Part shown: positions 52,113-62,329 of the stretch, one piece after another
How the letters are laid out: each line of letters begins with the position of its first letter
Numbering within the stretch: position 1 is the stretch's first letter
Origin: Luteimonas sp.
Lineage (GTDB): Bacteria > Pseudomonadota > Gammaproteobacteria > Xanthomonadales > Xanthomonadaceae
Direction of reading: 5' to 3'
Length of the DNA stretch: 64,000 nucleotides
NCBI GenBank assembly: GCA_035250245.1
Contig: DATFFH010000019.1
Span: 14,167-78,166, forward strand
Translations under genes and position numbers: made by a program
Notes under the pieces: generated by a model
Told to the model about the DNA's origin: nothing
The model's database searches: none
What the model saw: the letters and a program-made list of their open reading frames with translations, nothing else

Positions 52113-52790
52113 TCAGACCTCGATGGAATAGCCGATGCCGCGATGGGTGCGGATCGGATCCGGATCCGCGCCGGCTTCGCGCAGCTTGGCGCGCAGCGTC
52201 TTGACGTGGGTGTCGACGGTGCGGTCGGCGCTGTCGCTGTCGCCGTCCCAAGCGCGGTCCAGCAATTGCGCGCGGCTCAGGATCGCGCCCGGCCGGCGCA
52301 GCAGTTCGGCCAACAGACCGTATTCGTAGCGGGTCAATTCCAGCGCGTGGCCGGCGTAACGGATGCGGCGGCCTTCGCTGTCCACCTCGAAACGGCCGTA
52401 GCTGCGCGTGCCCGTCGCCGGTGCGTGCCGGCGCAGGCGCGCACGCACGCGCGCGGCGAGTTCGCGCGGCGAGAAGGGTTTGGCCATGTAGTCGTCGGCC
52501 CCTAGTTCCAGGCCCAGGACGCGGTCGATCTCGTCGTTGCGGGCGGTGAGGAAGATCACCGGCAGGTCGCTGAAGGCGCGCAGGTTCTTGCAGACCTCGA
52601 AGCCGCTCACATCCGGCAGGCCCACGTCCAGCAGCAACAGATCGACGCCACCCGCGCGCACCCGCGGCAGCACCTGGCCGCCCAGCAGGCAATGCTCCAC
52701 CGCGAAGCCTTCGCTGCGCAGCGCATAGACCACCGCGTCGGCGATGGCGGTTTCGTCTTCGGCCAGCAGGATCGTCGGGTTCGTGGGCAT
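52113..52790 (-). CDS. creB: Response regulator CreB
   Basis: LLDVGLPD, IFLTAR, LTRYE, RTVDTHVKTLRAKL; upstream of creC. Confidence 0.92.
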   Translation of the reverse strand: MPTNPTILLAEDETAIADAVVYALRSEGFAVEHCLLGGQVLPRVRAGGVDLLLLDVGLPDVSGFEVCKNLRAFSDLPVIFLTARNDEIDRVLGLELGADDYMAKPFSPRELAARVRARLRRHAPATGTRSYGRFEVDSEGRRIRYAGHALELTRYEYGLLAELLRRPGAILSRAQLLDRAWDGDSDSADRTVDTHVKTLRAKLREAGADPDPIRTHRGIGYSIEV

Positions 52791-52821
52791 GGCGTCAGCA
52801 TAGCGGCTGTATGCTGCCGGC

Positions 52822-53679
52822 ATGAACTACCGCCACGCCTTTCATGCCGGCAACCATGCCGACGTGCTCAAGCACGTCGTCCTGCTCGCGGTCTGCGACG
52901 CCCTGACCGCCAAGCCGACGCCGGCCTTCGCCCTGGATACCCATGCCGGACGCGGCCTGTACCGGCTCAAATCGGGATCCGCGCAAAGGACCGGGGAAGC
53001 CGAACAAGGCATCGGTCGCCTGCTCGCCGCGCAACCGCGCGATCCGGCCATCGGCCGCTATCTGAAGGCCGTGGCCGCCTGCCGCGCTGCGCACGGGCAC
53101 GATGCCTACCCCGGATCGCCTTGGCTGCTGGCCCACGCGTTGCGCGAACAGGACCGGATCGCCTGCTGCGAAATGCAGCCGATCGAAGCTGACGCGCTGA
53201 AGGCGAATTTCGCCGGCGACGCGCGCGTGACCGTGCGCGCGAGCGACGGCTACGCGGCGATCAAAGCCCTGCTGCCGCCGAAAGCCGGTATAGCGAAGCT
53301 CGGACGCGGCCTGGTGCTGATCGACCCGCCGTACGAAGCGCAGCTGGAAGAATTCGACGCCGCCCTGGCCGCCTTGCGCGAAGGCCTGCAGCGCTGGCCG
53401 CAAGGCACGTTCGCCTTGTGGTATCCGATCAAGCTGCGTCGGCACTTGCAGCCTTTCTATCGCAAGGCCGCGAACCTGCAAGCCAAGTCCGCGCTGGTCT
53501 CCGAACTGCTGGTGCGCGCCGACGATTCGCCGCTGCGCATGAACGGCAGCGGCATACTGCTGCTCAATGCGCCATGGAAACTGGACGAGGCGCTGAAGAC
53601 CGTCTTGCCGACGCTGCGCAAAATCCTGGACGACGGCGGCGGAGCATCGGATCTGCGCTGGCTGCGCACGCCGGCTTAG
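52822..53679 (+). CDS. rlmJ: 23S rRNA A2030 N6-methyltransferase
   Basis: MNYRHAFHAGNHADVLKH, YPGSP, LIDPPYE, WYPIK. Confidence 0.95.
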   Translation: MNYRHAFHAGNHADVLKHVVLLAVCDALTAKPTPAFALDTHAGRGLYRLKSGSAQRTGEAEQGIGRLLAAQPRDPAIGRYLKAVAACRAAHGHDAYPGSPWLLAHALREQDRIACCEMQPIEADALKANFAGDARVTVRASDGYAAIKALLPPKAGIAKLGRGLVLIDPPYEAQLEEFDAALAALREGLQRWPQGTFALWYPIKLRRHLQPFYRKAANLQAKSALVSELLVRADDSPLRMNGSGILLLNAPWKLDEALKTVLPTLRKILDDGGGASDLRWLRTPA

Positions 53680-53685
53680 CTTTTT

Positions 53686-53757
53686 GTAGAGTCGAGCCTT
53701 GCTCGACTGCTTTTGCCTTGCGTGATCGAAAAGCAGTCGAGCAAGGCTCGACTCTAC
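53686..53757. repeat. GTAGAGTCGAGC REP doublet
   Basis: Inverted pair between convergent genes. Confidence 0.85.
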
Positions 53758-53767
53758 AAAAGCGATG

Positions 53768-54682
53768 TCACGCTCCGGCTTTGACGTCCGGTTCGAAGAA
53801 GCTCCACCGCACTTCCGGGAACTCGGCCTTGAACGCGCGTTCCACCGCGTTGATCTGCTCGGCCAAGGCGCGCGCGCTCTGCTGTTCGCTCATCTCGGCC
53901 TGCACCGACACCAGCGCTTCGTTGCCCAGCTGCAGCGTGATCAGGCTGATCACCCGGCCGATCTCGGCCCGGCCCTCGAGGAAGGCGCGCATCTGCACCT
54001 GCCGCTCAGGATCCACGCTCTGCCCGATCAGCATCGCCTTGACCTCGATCGCCACGAACACCGCGACCACGATCAGCAATACGCCGATGGCGACGGTGCC
54101 GATCGCATCCCAGGTCGGGTTGCCGGTGATCACGGCCAACATCACCGCGGCCAGCGCGAACACCAGGCCGAGCAGCGCCGCCAAATCTTCGCCGAAGATC
54201 ACCACCAATTCGGCCTGGCGGCTTTGCCGGAACCATTGCCACAACGAGCGTCCGCCGCGGGCCTTGTTCACCTCGTGCAGGCAGGCCCGCATCGAAACCG
54301 CTTCGGCCGCGATGCCGAACACCAGCACGCCGGCCGCCCACCACCACTGCTTCAGCGGCTCAGGATGCTGCAGTTTGTGGATGCCTTCGTACAGCGAGAA
54401 CATGCCGCCGACGGTGAACAGCATCACCGCCACCAGGAACGACCAGAAATAGATGGCCTTGCCGTAGCCCAGCGGGTAGTCCGGCGACGGTGGCCGCTTG
54501 GCCTGGCGCATGCCCAGCAACAGCAGCAATTGGTTGCCGCAGTCGGCCAGCGAGTGCACCGTCTCGGCCAGCATCGCGCTGGATCCGGTGAAAAACGCGG
54601 CCACGCCCTTGGCGCAGGCGATGGCGAAATTGGCGCCTAGGGCGAACAAGATCGCACGGGTGGAATCGCCGCTACCGGCCAT
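53768..54682 (-). CDS. Cation diffusion facilitator transporter
   Basis: SAMLAETVHSLAD..NQ, HPLGYG-like YPLGYG, EDLAAL. Confidence 0.9.
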   Translation of the reverse strand: MAGSGDSTRAILFALGANFAIACAKGVAAFFTGSSAMLAETVHSLADCGNQLLLLLGMRQAKRPPSPDYPLGYGKAIYFWSFLVAVMLFTVGGMFSLYEGIHKLQHPEPLKQWWWAAGVLVFGIAAEAVSMRACLHEVNKARGGRSLWQWFRQSRQAELVVIFGEDLAALLGLVFALAAVMLAVITGNPTWDAIGTVAIGVLLIVVAVFVAIEVKAMLIGQSVDPERQVQMRAFLEGRAEIGRVISLITLQLGNEALVSVQAEMSEQQSARALAEQINAVERAFKAEFPEVRWSFFEPDVKAGA

Positions 54683-54745
54683 GGACGGACCTACGTCTTC
54701 GGTGGGCCCGGAAGTCTAGCAAAGCGCTGCCCGCGGCCGCCGCCT

Positions 54746-55089
54746 TCAGTCGGCCAGCTCTCGCTGCAGCTTGCGGCTGAGCTTGGCGCGCACCAATTCG
54801 TAGCTGCGGCGGATCAGCGCCTTGATTTCGTCTTCGGACAGCGCCCCGGCCTCGTCCAGGCTGATCCAGTGCGCTCGCGCCAGATACGGCGCGGGAATGA
54901 TGCCGGGACGGTCGGTCAGTTCCAGGAATCGCGATTCTTCGACCTTGAAGGCCAGTCCGCGGCCGCTACGGGCCTCCATCGCGCAAAACATCTTGCCCGC
55001 GACCGAAAACACGAGGTCATTGTCCCATTTCCGTCCTCGCCGACGCCCGGCCAGGCGGCAACGAAGCGGCGAATCGCAGCAGGTTTCAT
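54746..55089 (-). pseudogene. MmcQ/YjbR-family gene with a 1-nt frameshift near 55032
   Basis: MKPAAIRRFVAAWPGVGED shifts frame into KWDNDLVFSVAGKMF...PAPYLARAHWI..SYELV; span 344 nt. Confidence 0.75.
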
Positions 55090-55133
55090 GCCGTAGAGGA
55101 TAGCTTCACTTTCGGCATGCCAGCATTAGCGAG

Positions 55134-55670
55134 ATGAGCCCCCGCAATCGCCTGCCGCCGTGGCACGAGCAAATGCGTCTGCCCAACGGCCGCGAAGTAT
55201 TGATCCGGCCGATCAGGCCAGACGATGCCTATCCGCTTAAGGCCGCCTTCCCGCTGCTCGAGCCCGACGAGATCCGTCAGCGGTTCCTGTTCGCAATGAA
55301 AGAACTCGGCGACGAACAGGCCGAACGCCTGACCCATCCCGATCCGCGCACCGAATTCGCCCTGGTCGCGGCCGAGCCGCTGCCTCCGGGCGAAGCTCTG
55401 GTCGGCGCGGTCGCCCGCGTATCGATCGTGCCGGGCAGCCGCGAGGCCGAATTCGCCATCCTGGTCAGCCATTACATCGCCGGCATGGGTCTGGGCCGGC
55501 AATTGATGCGCCGCCTGGTGCGCTGGGCCAAGGGCAAGAAGCTGGAACGCCTGTACGGCGACGTGCTCGAACACAACCAGCCGATGCTGCAGCTGGCGCA
55601 ATCGCTGGGCTTCCGCCGCGAGTCGGCCAATACGCCCGGCCTGGTGCGGGTCGCGCTCGATCTGCGCTGA
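55134..55670 (+). CDS. GNAT-family acetyltransferase
   Basis: IRPIRPDD, AEFAILV, GMGLGRQLM, GDVLEHNQPML.LAQSLGF. Confidence 0.88.
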   Translation: MSPRNRLPPWHEQMRLPNGREVLIRPIRPDDAYPLKAAFPLLEPDEIRQRFLFAMKELGDEQAERLTHPDPRTEFALVAAEPLPPGEALVGAVARVSIVPGSREAEFAILVSHYIAGMGLGRQLMRRLVRWAKGKKLERLYGDVLEHNQPMLQLAQSLGFRRESANTPGLVRVALDLR

Positions 55671-55677
55671 ACGGGCT

Positions 55678-55697
55678 ACACCGACTTTAGTCGGTGT
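55678..55697. promoter_or_regulatory. Perfect palindrome, candidate operator
   Basis: ACACCGACT-TT-AGTCGGTGT; 2-nt spacer is too short for an RNA hairpin loop. Confidence 0.45.
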
Positions 55698-55840
55698 CCG
55701 GCCGCCACTTCTGTGATTTGAGAGTGCTGTCCGTCGACAGCGCCCGTCCATTTTCTGTCCGCAGGCCAGCGCCGCCCCCGTTGCATGGATCGAAGGCAAC
55801 GGCATTCCGCCGCAGGGGCGAGGGGTCAACGGAGCATGAA

Positions 55841-56899
55841 ATGGCAAACGCGATCGATGAAAACCGTCTCAACGAATTCCTGGGCAAGGCCGTCGGCGAT
55901 CTGGGCGCGGCGATCAGCGCCAGCCTGATGCTGGTCGGCGACCGGCTGGGCTTGTACAAGTCGTTGGCCGCGCAGTCCGCGACACCCGCCGAGTTGGCCG
56001 AACGCACCGGCACCAGCGAACGCTATGTCCGCGAATGGTTGGGCAACCAGGCGGCCGGCGGATACGTTCAGTACGACTCGGCCAGCGGCCACTACTCGCT
56101 CAGCCCGGAGCAGGCGCTGTGCCTGGCCGATCCGTCCGGCCCGGTGGATTTGCCGGGCGCCTACAACTTCGTGGAAGCCGCCTTCCACGCGCTTGACCGC
56201 ACCACGGAGAATTTCCGCAGCGGCCGCGGCATGGAATGGGGCGAACATCATCCCTGCCTCTTCCAGGGAACCGAACGCTTTTTCCGCGCCGGCTACAACG
56301 CGCATCTGGTGACCGAATGGCTGCCGGCGCTGGACGGCGCCTTCGCCAAGCTCGAACGCGGTGCCAAGGTCGCCGACGTGGGCTGCGGCCACGGCGCCAG
56401 TACCGTGCTGATGGCGCGTACGTTCCCCAATTCGGAATTCGTGGGCTACGACTACCACCCCGATTCGATCCGCGTCGCCGCCGAGCGCGCCGCCGCCGCG
56501 GGCATCGGCAACGCGCGGTTCGAGGTTGCGGACGCGACCGGCTACGCGGAAGGCGATTTCGACCTCATCGCTTTCTTCGACTGCCTGCACGACATGGCCG
56601 ATCCGGCCGGCGCCGCGAAACACGCCCGGAATGCGCTCAAGCCGGATGGTCACTGCCTGCTGGTCGAACCCTTCGCCGGCGACAAGGTCGAGGACAACCT
56701 CAACCCGGTAGGCCGGGTCTATTACGGCGCTTCTTCGCAGATCTGCGTGCCCGTGTCGCTGGCGCGCAAAGGACCCGCGCTCGGCGCGCAAGCCGGCGAG
56801 GCGCGCTTGCGCGGCGTGATGGAACAAGCTGGCTACGCCCGCTTCCGCCGCGCGGCGCAGACGCCCTTCAACCTCGTGCTCGAAGCGCGCCCGCAGTAA
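55841..56899 (+). CDS. Class I SAM methyltransferase with N-terminal winged helix
   Basis: GDRLGLY, RYVREWL, VADVGCGHG, FFDCLHDM.DP. Confidence 0.88.
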   Translation: MANAIDENRLNEFLGKAVGDLGAAISASLMLVGDRLGLYKSLAAQSATPAELAERTGTSERYVREWLGNQAAGGYVQYDSASGHYSLSPEQALCLADPSGPVDLPGAYNFVEAAFHALDRTTENFRSGRGMEWGEHHPCLFQGTERFFRAGYNAHLVTEWLPALDGAFAKLERGAKVADVGCGHGASTVLMARTFPNSEFVGYDYHPDSIRVAAERAAAAGIGNARFEVADATGYAEGDFDLIAFFDCLHDMADPAGAAKHARNALKPDGHCLLVEPFAGDKVEDNLNPVGRVYYGASSQICVPVSLARKGPALGAQAGEARLRGVMEQAGYARFRRAAQTPFNLVLEARPQ

Positions 56900-56910
56900 A
56901 GGAGGCCTCT

Positions 56911-57186
56911 ATGCCCAGATATGTCATCGAACGCGATATCCCCGGAGCCGGTGCGCTGTCCGCGCAGGAGCTGCAGGCGATCTCCCAGAAATCCTGCGCC
57001 GTGCTCGGCCGGCTAGGCACGCAGATCCAATGGGTGCATAGCTACGTCACCGCCGACAAGGTGTATTGCGTCTATATCGCAGAGAACGAGGACATGGTCC
57101 GCGAACACGCGCGGCAAGGCGGATTTCCCGCGGATCGGGTATCCGAAGTGAAGGCGATCATCGATCCGGTGACTTCCGAGGGATAA
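56911..57186 (+). CDS. DUF4242-family protein
   Basis: MPRYVIERDIPGAG, IQWVHSYVT.DKVYCVY.A, HA..GGFPAD; GGAGG RBS. Confidence 0.88.
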   Translation: MPRYVIERDIPGAGALSAQELQAISQKSCAVLGRLGTQIQWVHSYVTADKVYCVYIAENEDMVREHARQGGFPADRVSEVKAIIDPVTSEG

Positions 57187-57210
57187 GCATCATCCTGCCG
57201 AACGACGTGC

Positions 57211-57231
57211 GGGAAGAGGGGCCCTCTTCCC
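57211..57231. terminator. Hairpin between convergent genes
   Basis: GGGAAGAGG-GGC-CCTCTTCCC. Confidence 0.55.
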
Positions 57232-57243
57232 GCATATACGCCG

Positions 57244-57465
57244 TCAGCCGATGATCACGCAGCTACCGACCACTTCCGGCCCGCCCGGATAGCCGCCCAC
57301 TTCATCGTAATAACCATTGCCTCTGCATAGGGCTGCCAGCTTGTCGCAGTCCTCCCGGGTGAAGCACATCAGCTTCGTAGTGGTGAGAGCATTGGCTTGG
57401 GGTGAAAACACCGCCGAAGAAGAGACTGCGGCGAGCGCGGCGGCAAGCACGAGGAATCTGCGCAT
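57244..57465 (-). CDS. Small secreted cysteine-containing protein
   Basis: Signal peptide ending ANA; 47-aa mature part with 4 Cys; AGGA RBS. Confidence 0.65.
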   Translation of the reverse strand: MRRFLVLAAALAAVSSSAVFSPQANALTTTKLMCFTREDCDKLAALCRGNGYYDEVGGYPGGPEVVGSCVIIG

Positions 57466-57577
57466 ACTCGGATCCTGATGATTCGCTCCACATGGAGCCG
57501 TCAGACAGACGGAATCCGAACTTCGGCACGGCCATCATCATTTTCGGCACCGCACACTCACTACCGTATTTCGGCGA

Positions 57578-58006
57578 TCAGACCACGGTCAGTACCACAT
57601 CGATATTCCCGCGGGTCGCGTTCGAATACGGGCAAACCTGATGCGTTTTATGCACCAGTGCTTCGACCTGCTGACGGTCGATGCCCGGCACGGATATCTT
57701 CAACTCGGCCTGCAGACCGAAACCGACCGCGATGGGGCCGATGCCGACGCTGGCGTCGATGCGCGTGTCCGCCGGCAAGGCGATCTTTTCCTGGCCGGCG
57801 ACCAATTTCAGCGCGCTGAGGAAGCAGGCCGAGTAACCGGCCGCGAACAGCTGTTCCGGATTGGTGCCGTCGCCGCCGGCGCCGCCGAGTTCGCGCGGCA
57901 TGCTGAGCTTGACGTCGAGCGCGTTGTCGGAAGAGACGGCGTGGCCGCCATCGCGGCCGCCGGTGACCGAAGCGTGGGCGGTATAGAGGACTTTATCCAG
58001 GGACAT
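57578..58006 (-). CDS. ohr: Organic hydroperoxide resistance protein
   Basis: [34 protein letters not shown]. Confidence 0.96.
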   Translation of the reverse strand: MSLDKVLYTAHASVTGGRDGGHAVSSDNALDVKLSMPRELGGAGGDGTNPEQLFAAGYSACFLSALKLVAGQEKIALPADTRIDASVGIGPIAVGFGLQAELKISVPGIDRQQVEALVHKTHQVCPYSNATRGNIDVVLTVV

Positions 58007-58055
58007 GGCGATTTCCTGTAGTGGGCGGAGGGAGCGGCATCGGCCGGCGGTATAA

Positions 58056-58077
58056 CGAAATTAAGCACTAAGTTTCG
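58056..58077. promoter_or_regulatory. Candidate OhrR site upstream of ohr
   Basis: AT-rich imperfect inverted repeat CGAAATTAAG-CA-CTAAGTTTCG. Confidence 0.4.
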
Positions 58078-58103
58078 AAACATTGGACGGCGCGTGCGCC
58101 GCT

Positions 58104-58568
58104 TCAAGCGTTCTTCATCAGATTGCCGCGCAGCGATTCCAATTGCCGCTTCATCGCGGCCAGATCGTCCGGCGCGCATTCCGCGGCGCAGAACACATCG
58201 GTGGGCACAGAGCGCGCGGTCGTTTTCAAGGCCCTGCCCTGCGCGCTCAATTCGACGACGACCTGGCGCTCGTCGCGCTTGGCGCGGGTGCGGGTGATCA
58301 GGTCCGCGGCCTCGAGCCGTTTCAGCAGCGGCGTGAGCGTGGCCGAATCCAAGAACAGGCGCTCGCCGATCTCGGACACGGTGAGTGCGTCGCGTTCCCA
58401 CAACACCAGCATCACCAGATACTGCGGATAGGTCAGGCCCAACGGCGCCAACAATTTGCGGTAGACCTTGTTCAAGGCCAATCCGGTCGAATACAAGGCG
58501 AAGCAGAGCTGTTCGTCGAGCTTCTGCGGGGCCTTAGCACGTAGGGTCTTGGTCGGGGCGGTCTTCAT
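58104..58568 (-). CDS. ohrR: MarR-family regulator OhrR
   Basis: [39 protein letters not shown]; next to ohr. Confidence 0.94.
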   Translation of the reverse strand: MKTAPTKTLRAKAPQKLDEQLCFALYSTGLALNKVYRKLLAPLGLTYPQYLVMLVLWERDALTVSEIGERLFLDSATLTPLLKRLEAADLITRTRAKRDERQVVVELSAQGRALKTTARSVPTDVFCAAECAPDDLAAMKRQLESLRGNLMKNA

Positions 58569-58575
58569 GCCCGCC

Positions 58576-58600
58576 AATTTATATAGCGCGCTATTTATTT
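58576..58600. promoter_or_regulatory. Candidate OhrR autoregulatory site
   Basis: AT-rich palindrome centred on ATAGCGCGCTAT just upstream of the ohrR ATG. Confidence 0.5.
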
Positions 58601-58759
58601 GCAAGCGATATTTATAGGCGGCCATGGAACGCTGCGGTTCGAGATCGCGGCGCGGCGACGGCCGAGCCCACCGCGGCCGCTCGCGTAAAATGGCCGCACT
58701 TTGCGCTGGGCCGATGGCTTCCGGCGCTGTTTTCGTTTTCTCTGCGAGCACCCTGATCG

Positions 58760-61700
58760 ATGCCGAACCCCGTTTTCAACGCCCCGCTCCTACCCAAAGC
58801 CGGCCAACAACGCGCCTGGTGGCGCGCACCGGCGTCCGCGTCCGCCTTGGCCTGGACGATCGCGCGCGCGGCGGAAACCCACGCCGGCCCCGTGCTGCTG
58901 GTGGCGCGCGACAACCAGAATGCGCATCAACTCGAGTCCGATCTGCGCACCCTGCTCGGCGATGCCGATTTGCCGGTGATGCCGTTCCCCGACTGGGAAA
59001 CCCTGCCCTACGACCAGTTCGGCCCGCACCCGGACATCGTTTCGCAACGCCTGGCCGCCTTGCACCGCTTGCCGTCGTTGAAGCGCGGCATCGTCGTGGT
59101 GCCGGTGCAAACGCTGATGCAGCGCCTGCCGCCGCTGCGTTACGTGGTCGGCAACACTTTCGACGTGCGGGTCGGCCAGAAGCTCGACCTGGACGCCGAG
59201 AAGCGGAGATTGGAAGCGGCCGGCTACCGGCACGTGCCGCAAGTGCTGGATCCGGGCGATTTCGCCGTGCGCGGCGGCCTGCTCGACGTGTATCCGATGG
59301 GTGCCGACGAACCCTACCGCGTGGAGTTGTTCGACGATGTCATCGACTCCATCCGCGCCTTCGACCCTGAAACGCAGCGCTCGCTGGACAAGACCGAAGC
59401 CGTGCGATTGCTGCCCGGCCGCGAGATTCCGTTGGACGAGGACGCCGCGCAGCGTGCGATGCAGGCGTTGCGCGACCGCTTCGACATCGACACCCGGCGC
59501 AGCGCGCTGTACCAGGATCTCAAGGCAGGCTTGGCGCCTGCGGGCATCGAGTATTACCTGCCGCTGTTCTTCGACGGCACGGCCACGTTGTTCGACTACC
59601 TGGGCGACGACGCACTGCCGGTGCTCGTCGATGGCGCCAACGAAGCGGCGGAGCATTTCTGGCGCCAGACCGGCGAGCGTTACGAGCAGCGCCGCCACGA
59701 CATCGAGCGCCCGCTGCTCGCGCCGACCGAGCTGTATCTGGCGCCGGATGCGTTGCGCGAACGGCTGAACCGCATGGATCTGGTCGAAGTCTGCAGTGCG
59801 GAGCATCCGCGTCGCGGCCAGGCCGCCTCCTTGGGCGATCAGCCCGCGCCGGATTTGCCGATCGCCGCCAAGGATGTCGAGCCTGCGGGCGCACTGAAGA
59901 CTTTTCTCGCCACGTATCCGGGGCGTGTGCTGATCGCCGCCGATACGGCCGGACGGCGCGAGGCTTTGCTGGAGGTACTCAACGCCGCCGGTCTGACACC
60001 CGACGTCCTGCCGGATTTCCAGGCTTTTGTTCTTAGCCGTCATTCCCGCGAAAGCGGGAATCCAGCGACTTCCGCTCTTGAAACCCCGAGAGATAGAAAA
60101 GCCAAGTCACTGGATCCCCGCCTTCGCGGGGATGACGGCTTAAGGGCACCGAGCCGCTTCGCCATCGCCGCCGCACCGCTCGACAACGGCTTCGCCCTGG
60201 ACGATCCGCAGATCGCGATCCTCACCGAGCGCCAGCTGTTCCCCGAACGCGCCGCGCAGCCGCGCCGGCGCAAGCGCGCCGGCCGCGAACCCGAAGCGAT
60301 CATCCGCGACCTGGGCGAGCTGAGCGAAGGCGCGCCGATCGTGCACGAGGATCACGGCGTGGGCCGTTACCGCGGTCTGGTCACGCTCGATGCCGGCGGC
60401 CAGCCCGGCGAATACCTGGACATCGAATACGCCAAGGGCGACCGCCTGTACGTGCCGGTCGCGCAACTGCATCTGGTCAGCCGCTATTCCGGCGCTTCGG
60501 CCGAAACCGCGCCTTTGCACTCGCTCGGCGGCGAGGCCTGGACCAAGGCCAAGAAGAGGGCCGCGGAGAAGGTGCGCGACGTGGCCGCGGAACTGCTGGA
60601 AATCCAGGCCAAACGCCAGGCGCGCGCGGGACTGGCGCTGGAACTGGACCGTGCCATGTACGAACCGTTCGCGGCGACCTTCCCGTTCGAAGAAACGCCG
60701 GACCAGCATGCGGCGATCGAAGCCGTCATCCGCGACTTGTCCTCCTCGCAACCGATGGACCGCGTGGTTTGCGGCGACGTCGGCTTCGGCAAGACCGAAG
60801 TCGCCGTGCGCGCCGCCTTCGTCGCGGCCAGCGCGGGCAAGCAGGTGGCGGTGCTCGTGCCGACCACATTGTTGGCCGAACAGCACTACCGCAACTTCGC
60901 CGACCGTTTCGCCGATTGGCCGATCCGGGTCGAGGTGCTGTCGCGTTTCAAATCCGCCAAGGAAATCAAGGCCGAACTGGAGAAGCTGGCCGAGGGCAAG
61001 ATCGACGTGATCGTCGGCACGCATCGTCTGCTGCAACCGGACGTGAAATTCCACGACCTGGGCCTGGTGATCGTCGACGAGGAGCAGCGCTTCGGTGTGC
61101 GCCAGAAGGAAGCGCTGAAGGCCTTGCGTGCGAACGTGCATCTGCTGACCCTGACCGCGACGCCGATCCCGCGCACGCTGAACATGGCCATGGCCGGACT
61201 GCGCGATCTGGCAATCATCGCCACGCCGCCGGCACACCGGCTGGCCGTGCAGACCTTCGTCGTACCCTGGGACGATGCCCAACTGCGGGAAGCCTTCCAG
61301 CGCGAACTGGCGCGCGGCGGCCAGGTGTATTTCCTGCACAACGATGTGGAAAGCATCGGCCGGATGCAGCGCGAACTGCAGGAGCTGGTGCCCGAAGCGC
61401 GGATCGGCATCGCTCACGGCCAGATGCCCGAGCGCGAACTGGAAAAGGTGATGCTGGATTTCCACAAGCAGCGATTCAATGTGCTGCTATGTTCGACCAT
61501 CATCGAATCGGGCATCGACATCCCGAACGCCAACACCATCATCATCAACCGCGCCGACAAATTCGGCCTGGCCCAGTTGCATCAGCTGCGCGGCCGGGTC
61601 GGCCGTTCGCATCATCGCGCCTACGCCTATCTGGTAATTCCGGATCAGCGTTCGATCACGTCGGATGCGCGCAAGCGGCTGGACGCGATCTCGGCGATGG

Positions 61701-62329
61701 ACGAACTCGGTGCCGGCTTCACCCTGGCCACCCACGACCTGGAAATCCGCGGCGCCGGCGAATTGCTAGGCGAGGACCAGAGCGGGCAGATGGCCGAAGT
61801 CGGCTTCAGCCTGTACACCGAGCTGCTGGAACGCGCGGTGCGTTCGATCAAGCGCGGCGAACTGCCCGATGCGGACGCGCCGCCCAGCCGTGGCGCGGAA
61901 GTCGAATTGCACGTGCCCGCGCTGATCCCGGAAGACTACCTGCCCGATGTGCACGCGCGGCTGACGTTGTACAAGCGGATCAGCTCCGCGCGCGACGCCG
62001 AGGAATTGCGCGAACTGCAGGTCGAGATGATCGACCGCTTCGGCCTGCTGCCCGATGCCGCCAAGCACCTGTTCGCCGTCGCCGAACTGAAGCTGCAGGC
62101 GACCCAGCTGGGCTTGCGCAAGATCGACCTGGGCGAAAAAGGCGGCCGCGTGCATTTCGAATCCAAGCCGAACATCGATCCGATGGCGGTGATCCGGCTG
62201 ATCCAGGGCCAACCCAAGCTTTATCAAATGGACGGCCCCGACAAATTGCGGGTGAAACTGGATCTGCCCGACGCACCGACGCGCTTCAACGCCGCGCGCG
62301 GCTTGCTCACGACATTGCGGGCCGCCTGA
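58760..62329 (+). CDS. mfd: Transcription-repair coupling factor carrying an in-frame repeat insertion
   Basis: [43 protein letters not shown]; extra segment at about aa 425-462. Confidence 0.97.
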   Translation: MPNPVFNAPLLPKAGQQRAWWRAPASASALAWTIARAAETHAGPVLLVARDNQNAHQLESDLRTLLGDADLPVMPFPDWETLPYDQFGPHPDIVSQRLAALHRLPSLKRGIVVVPVQTLMQRLPPLRYVVGNTFDVRVGQKLDLDAEKRRLEAAGYRHVPQVLDPGDFAVRGGLLDVYPMGADEPYRVELFDDVIDSIRAFDPETQRSLDKTEAVRLLPGREIPLDEDAAQRAMQALRDRFDIDTRRSALYQDLKAGLAPAGIEYYLPLFFDGTATLFDYLGDDALPVLVDGANEAAEHFWRQTGERYEQRRHDIERPLLAPTELYLAPDALRERLNRMDLVEVCSAEHPRRGQAASLGDQPAPDLPIAAKDVEPAGALKTFLATYPGRVLIAADTAGRREALLEVLNAAGLTPDVLPDFQAFVLSRHSRESGNPATSALETPRDRKAKSLDPRLRGDDGLRAPSRFAIAAAPLDNGFALDDPQIAILTERQLFPERAAQPRRRKRAGREPEAIIRDLGELSEGAPIVHEDHGVGRYRGLVTLDAGGQPGEYLDIEYAKGDRLYVPVAQLHLVSRYSGASAETAPLHSLGGEAWTKAKKRAAEKVRDVAAELLEIQAKRQARAGLALELDRAMYEPFAATFPFEETPDQHAAIEAVIRDLSSSQPMDRVVCGDVGFGKTEVAVRAAFVAASAGKQVAVLVPTTLLAEQHYRNFADRFADWPIRVEVLSRFKSAKEIKAELEKLAEGKIDVIVGTHRLLQPDVKFHDLGLVIVDEEQRFGVRQKEALKALRANVHLLTLTATPIPRTLNMAMAGLRDLAIIATPPAHRLAVQTFVVPWDDAQLREAFQRELARGGQVYFLHNDVESIGRMQRELQELVPEARIGIAHGQMPERELEKVMLDFHKQRFNVLLCSTIIESGIDIPNANTIIINRADKFGLAQLHQLRGRVGRSHHRAYAYLVIPDQRSITSDARKRLDAISAMDELGAGFTLATHDLEIRGAGELLGEDQSGQMAEVGFSLYTELLERAVRSIKRGELPDADAPPSRGAEVELHVPALIPEDYLPDVHARLTLYKRISSARDAEELRELQVEMIDRFGLLPDAAKHLFAVAELKLQATQLGLRKIDLGEKGGRVHFESKPNIDPMAVIRLIQGQPKLYQMDGPDKLRVKLDLPDAPTRFNAARGLLTTLRAA
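60032..60144. repeat. CGTC-type REP doublet inside the mfd reading frame (copy D)
   Basis: CTTAGCCGTCATTCCCGCGAAAGCGGGAATCCAGCGACTT ... AAGTCACTGGATCCCCGCCTTCGCGGGGATGACGGCTTAAG. Confidence 0.92.
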
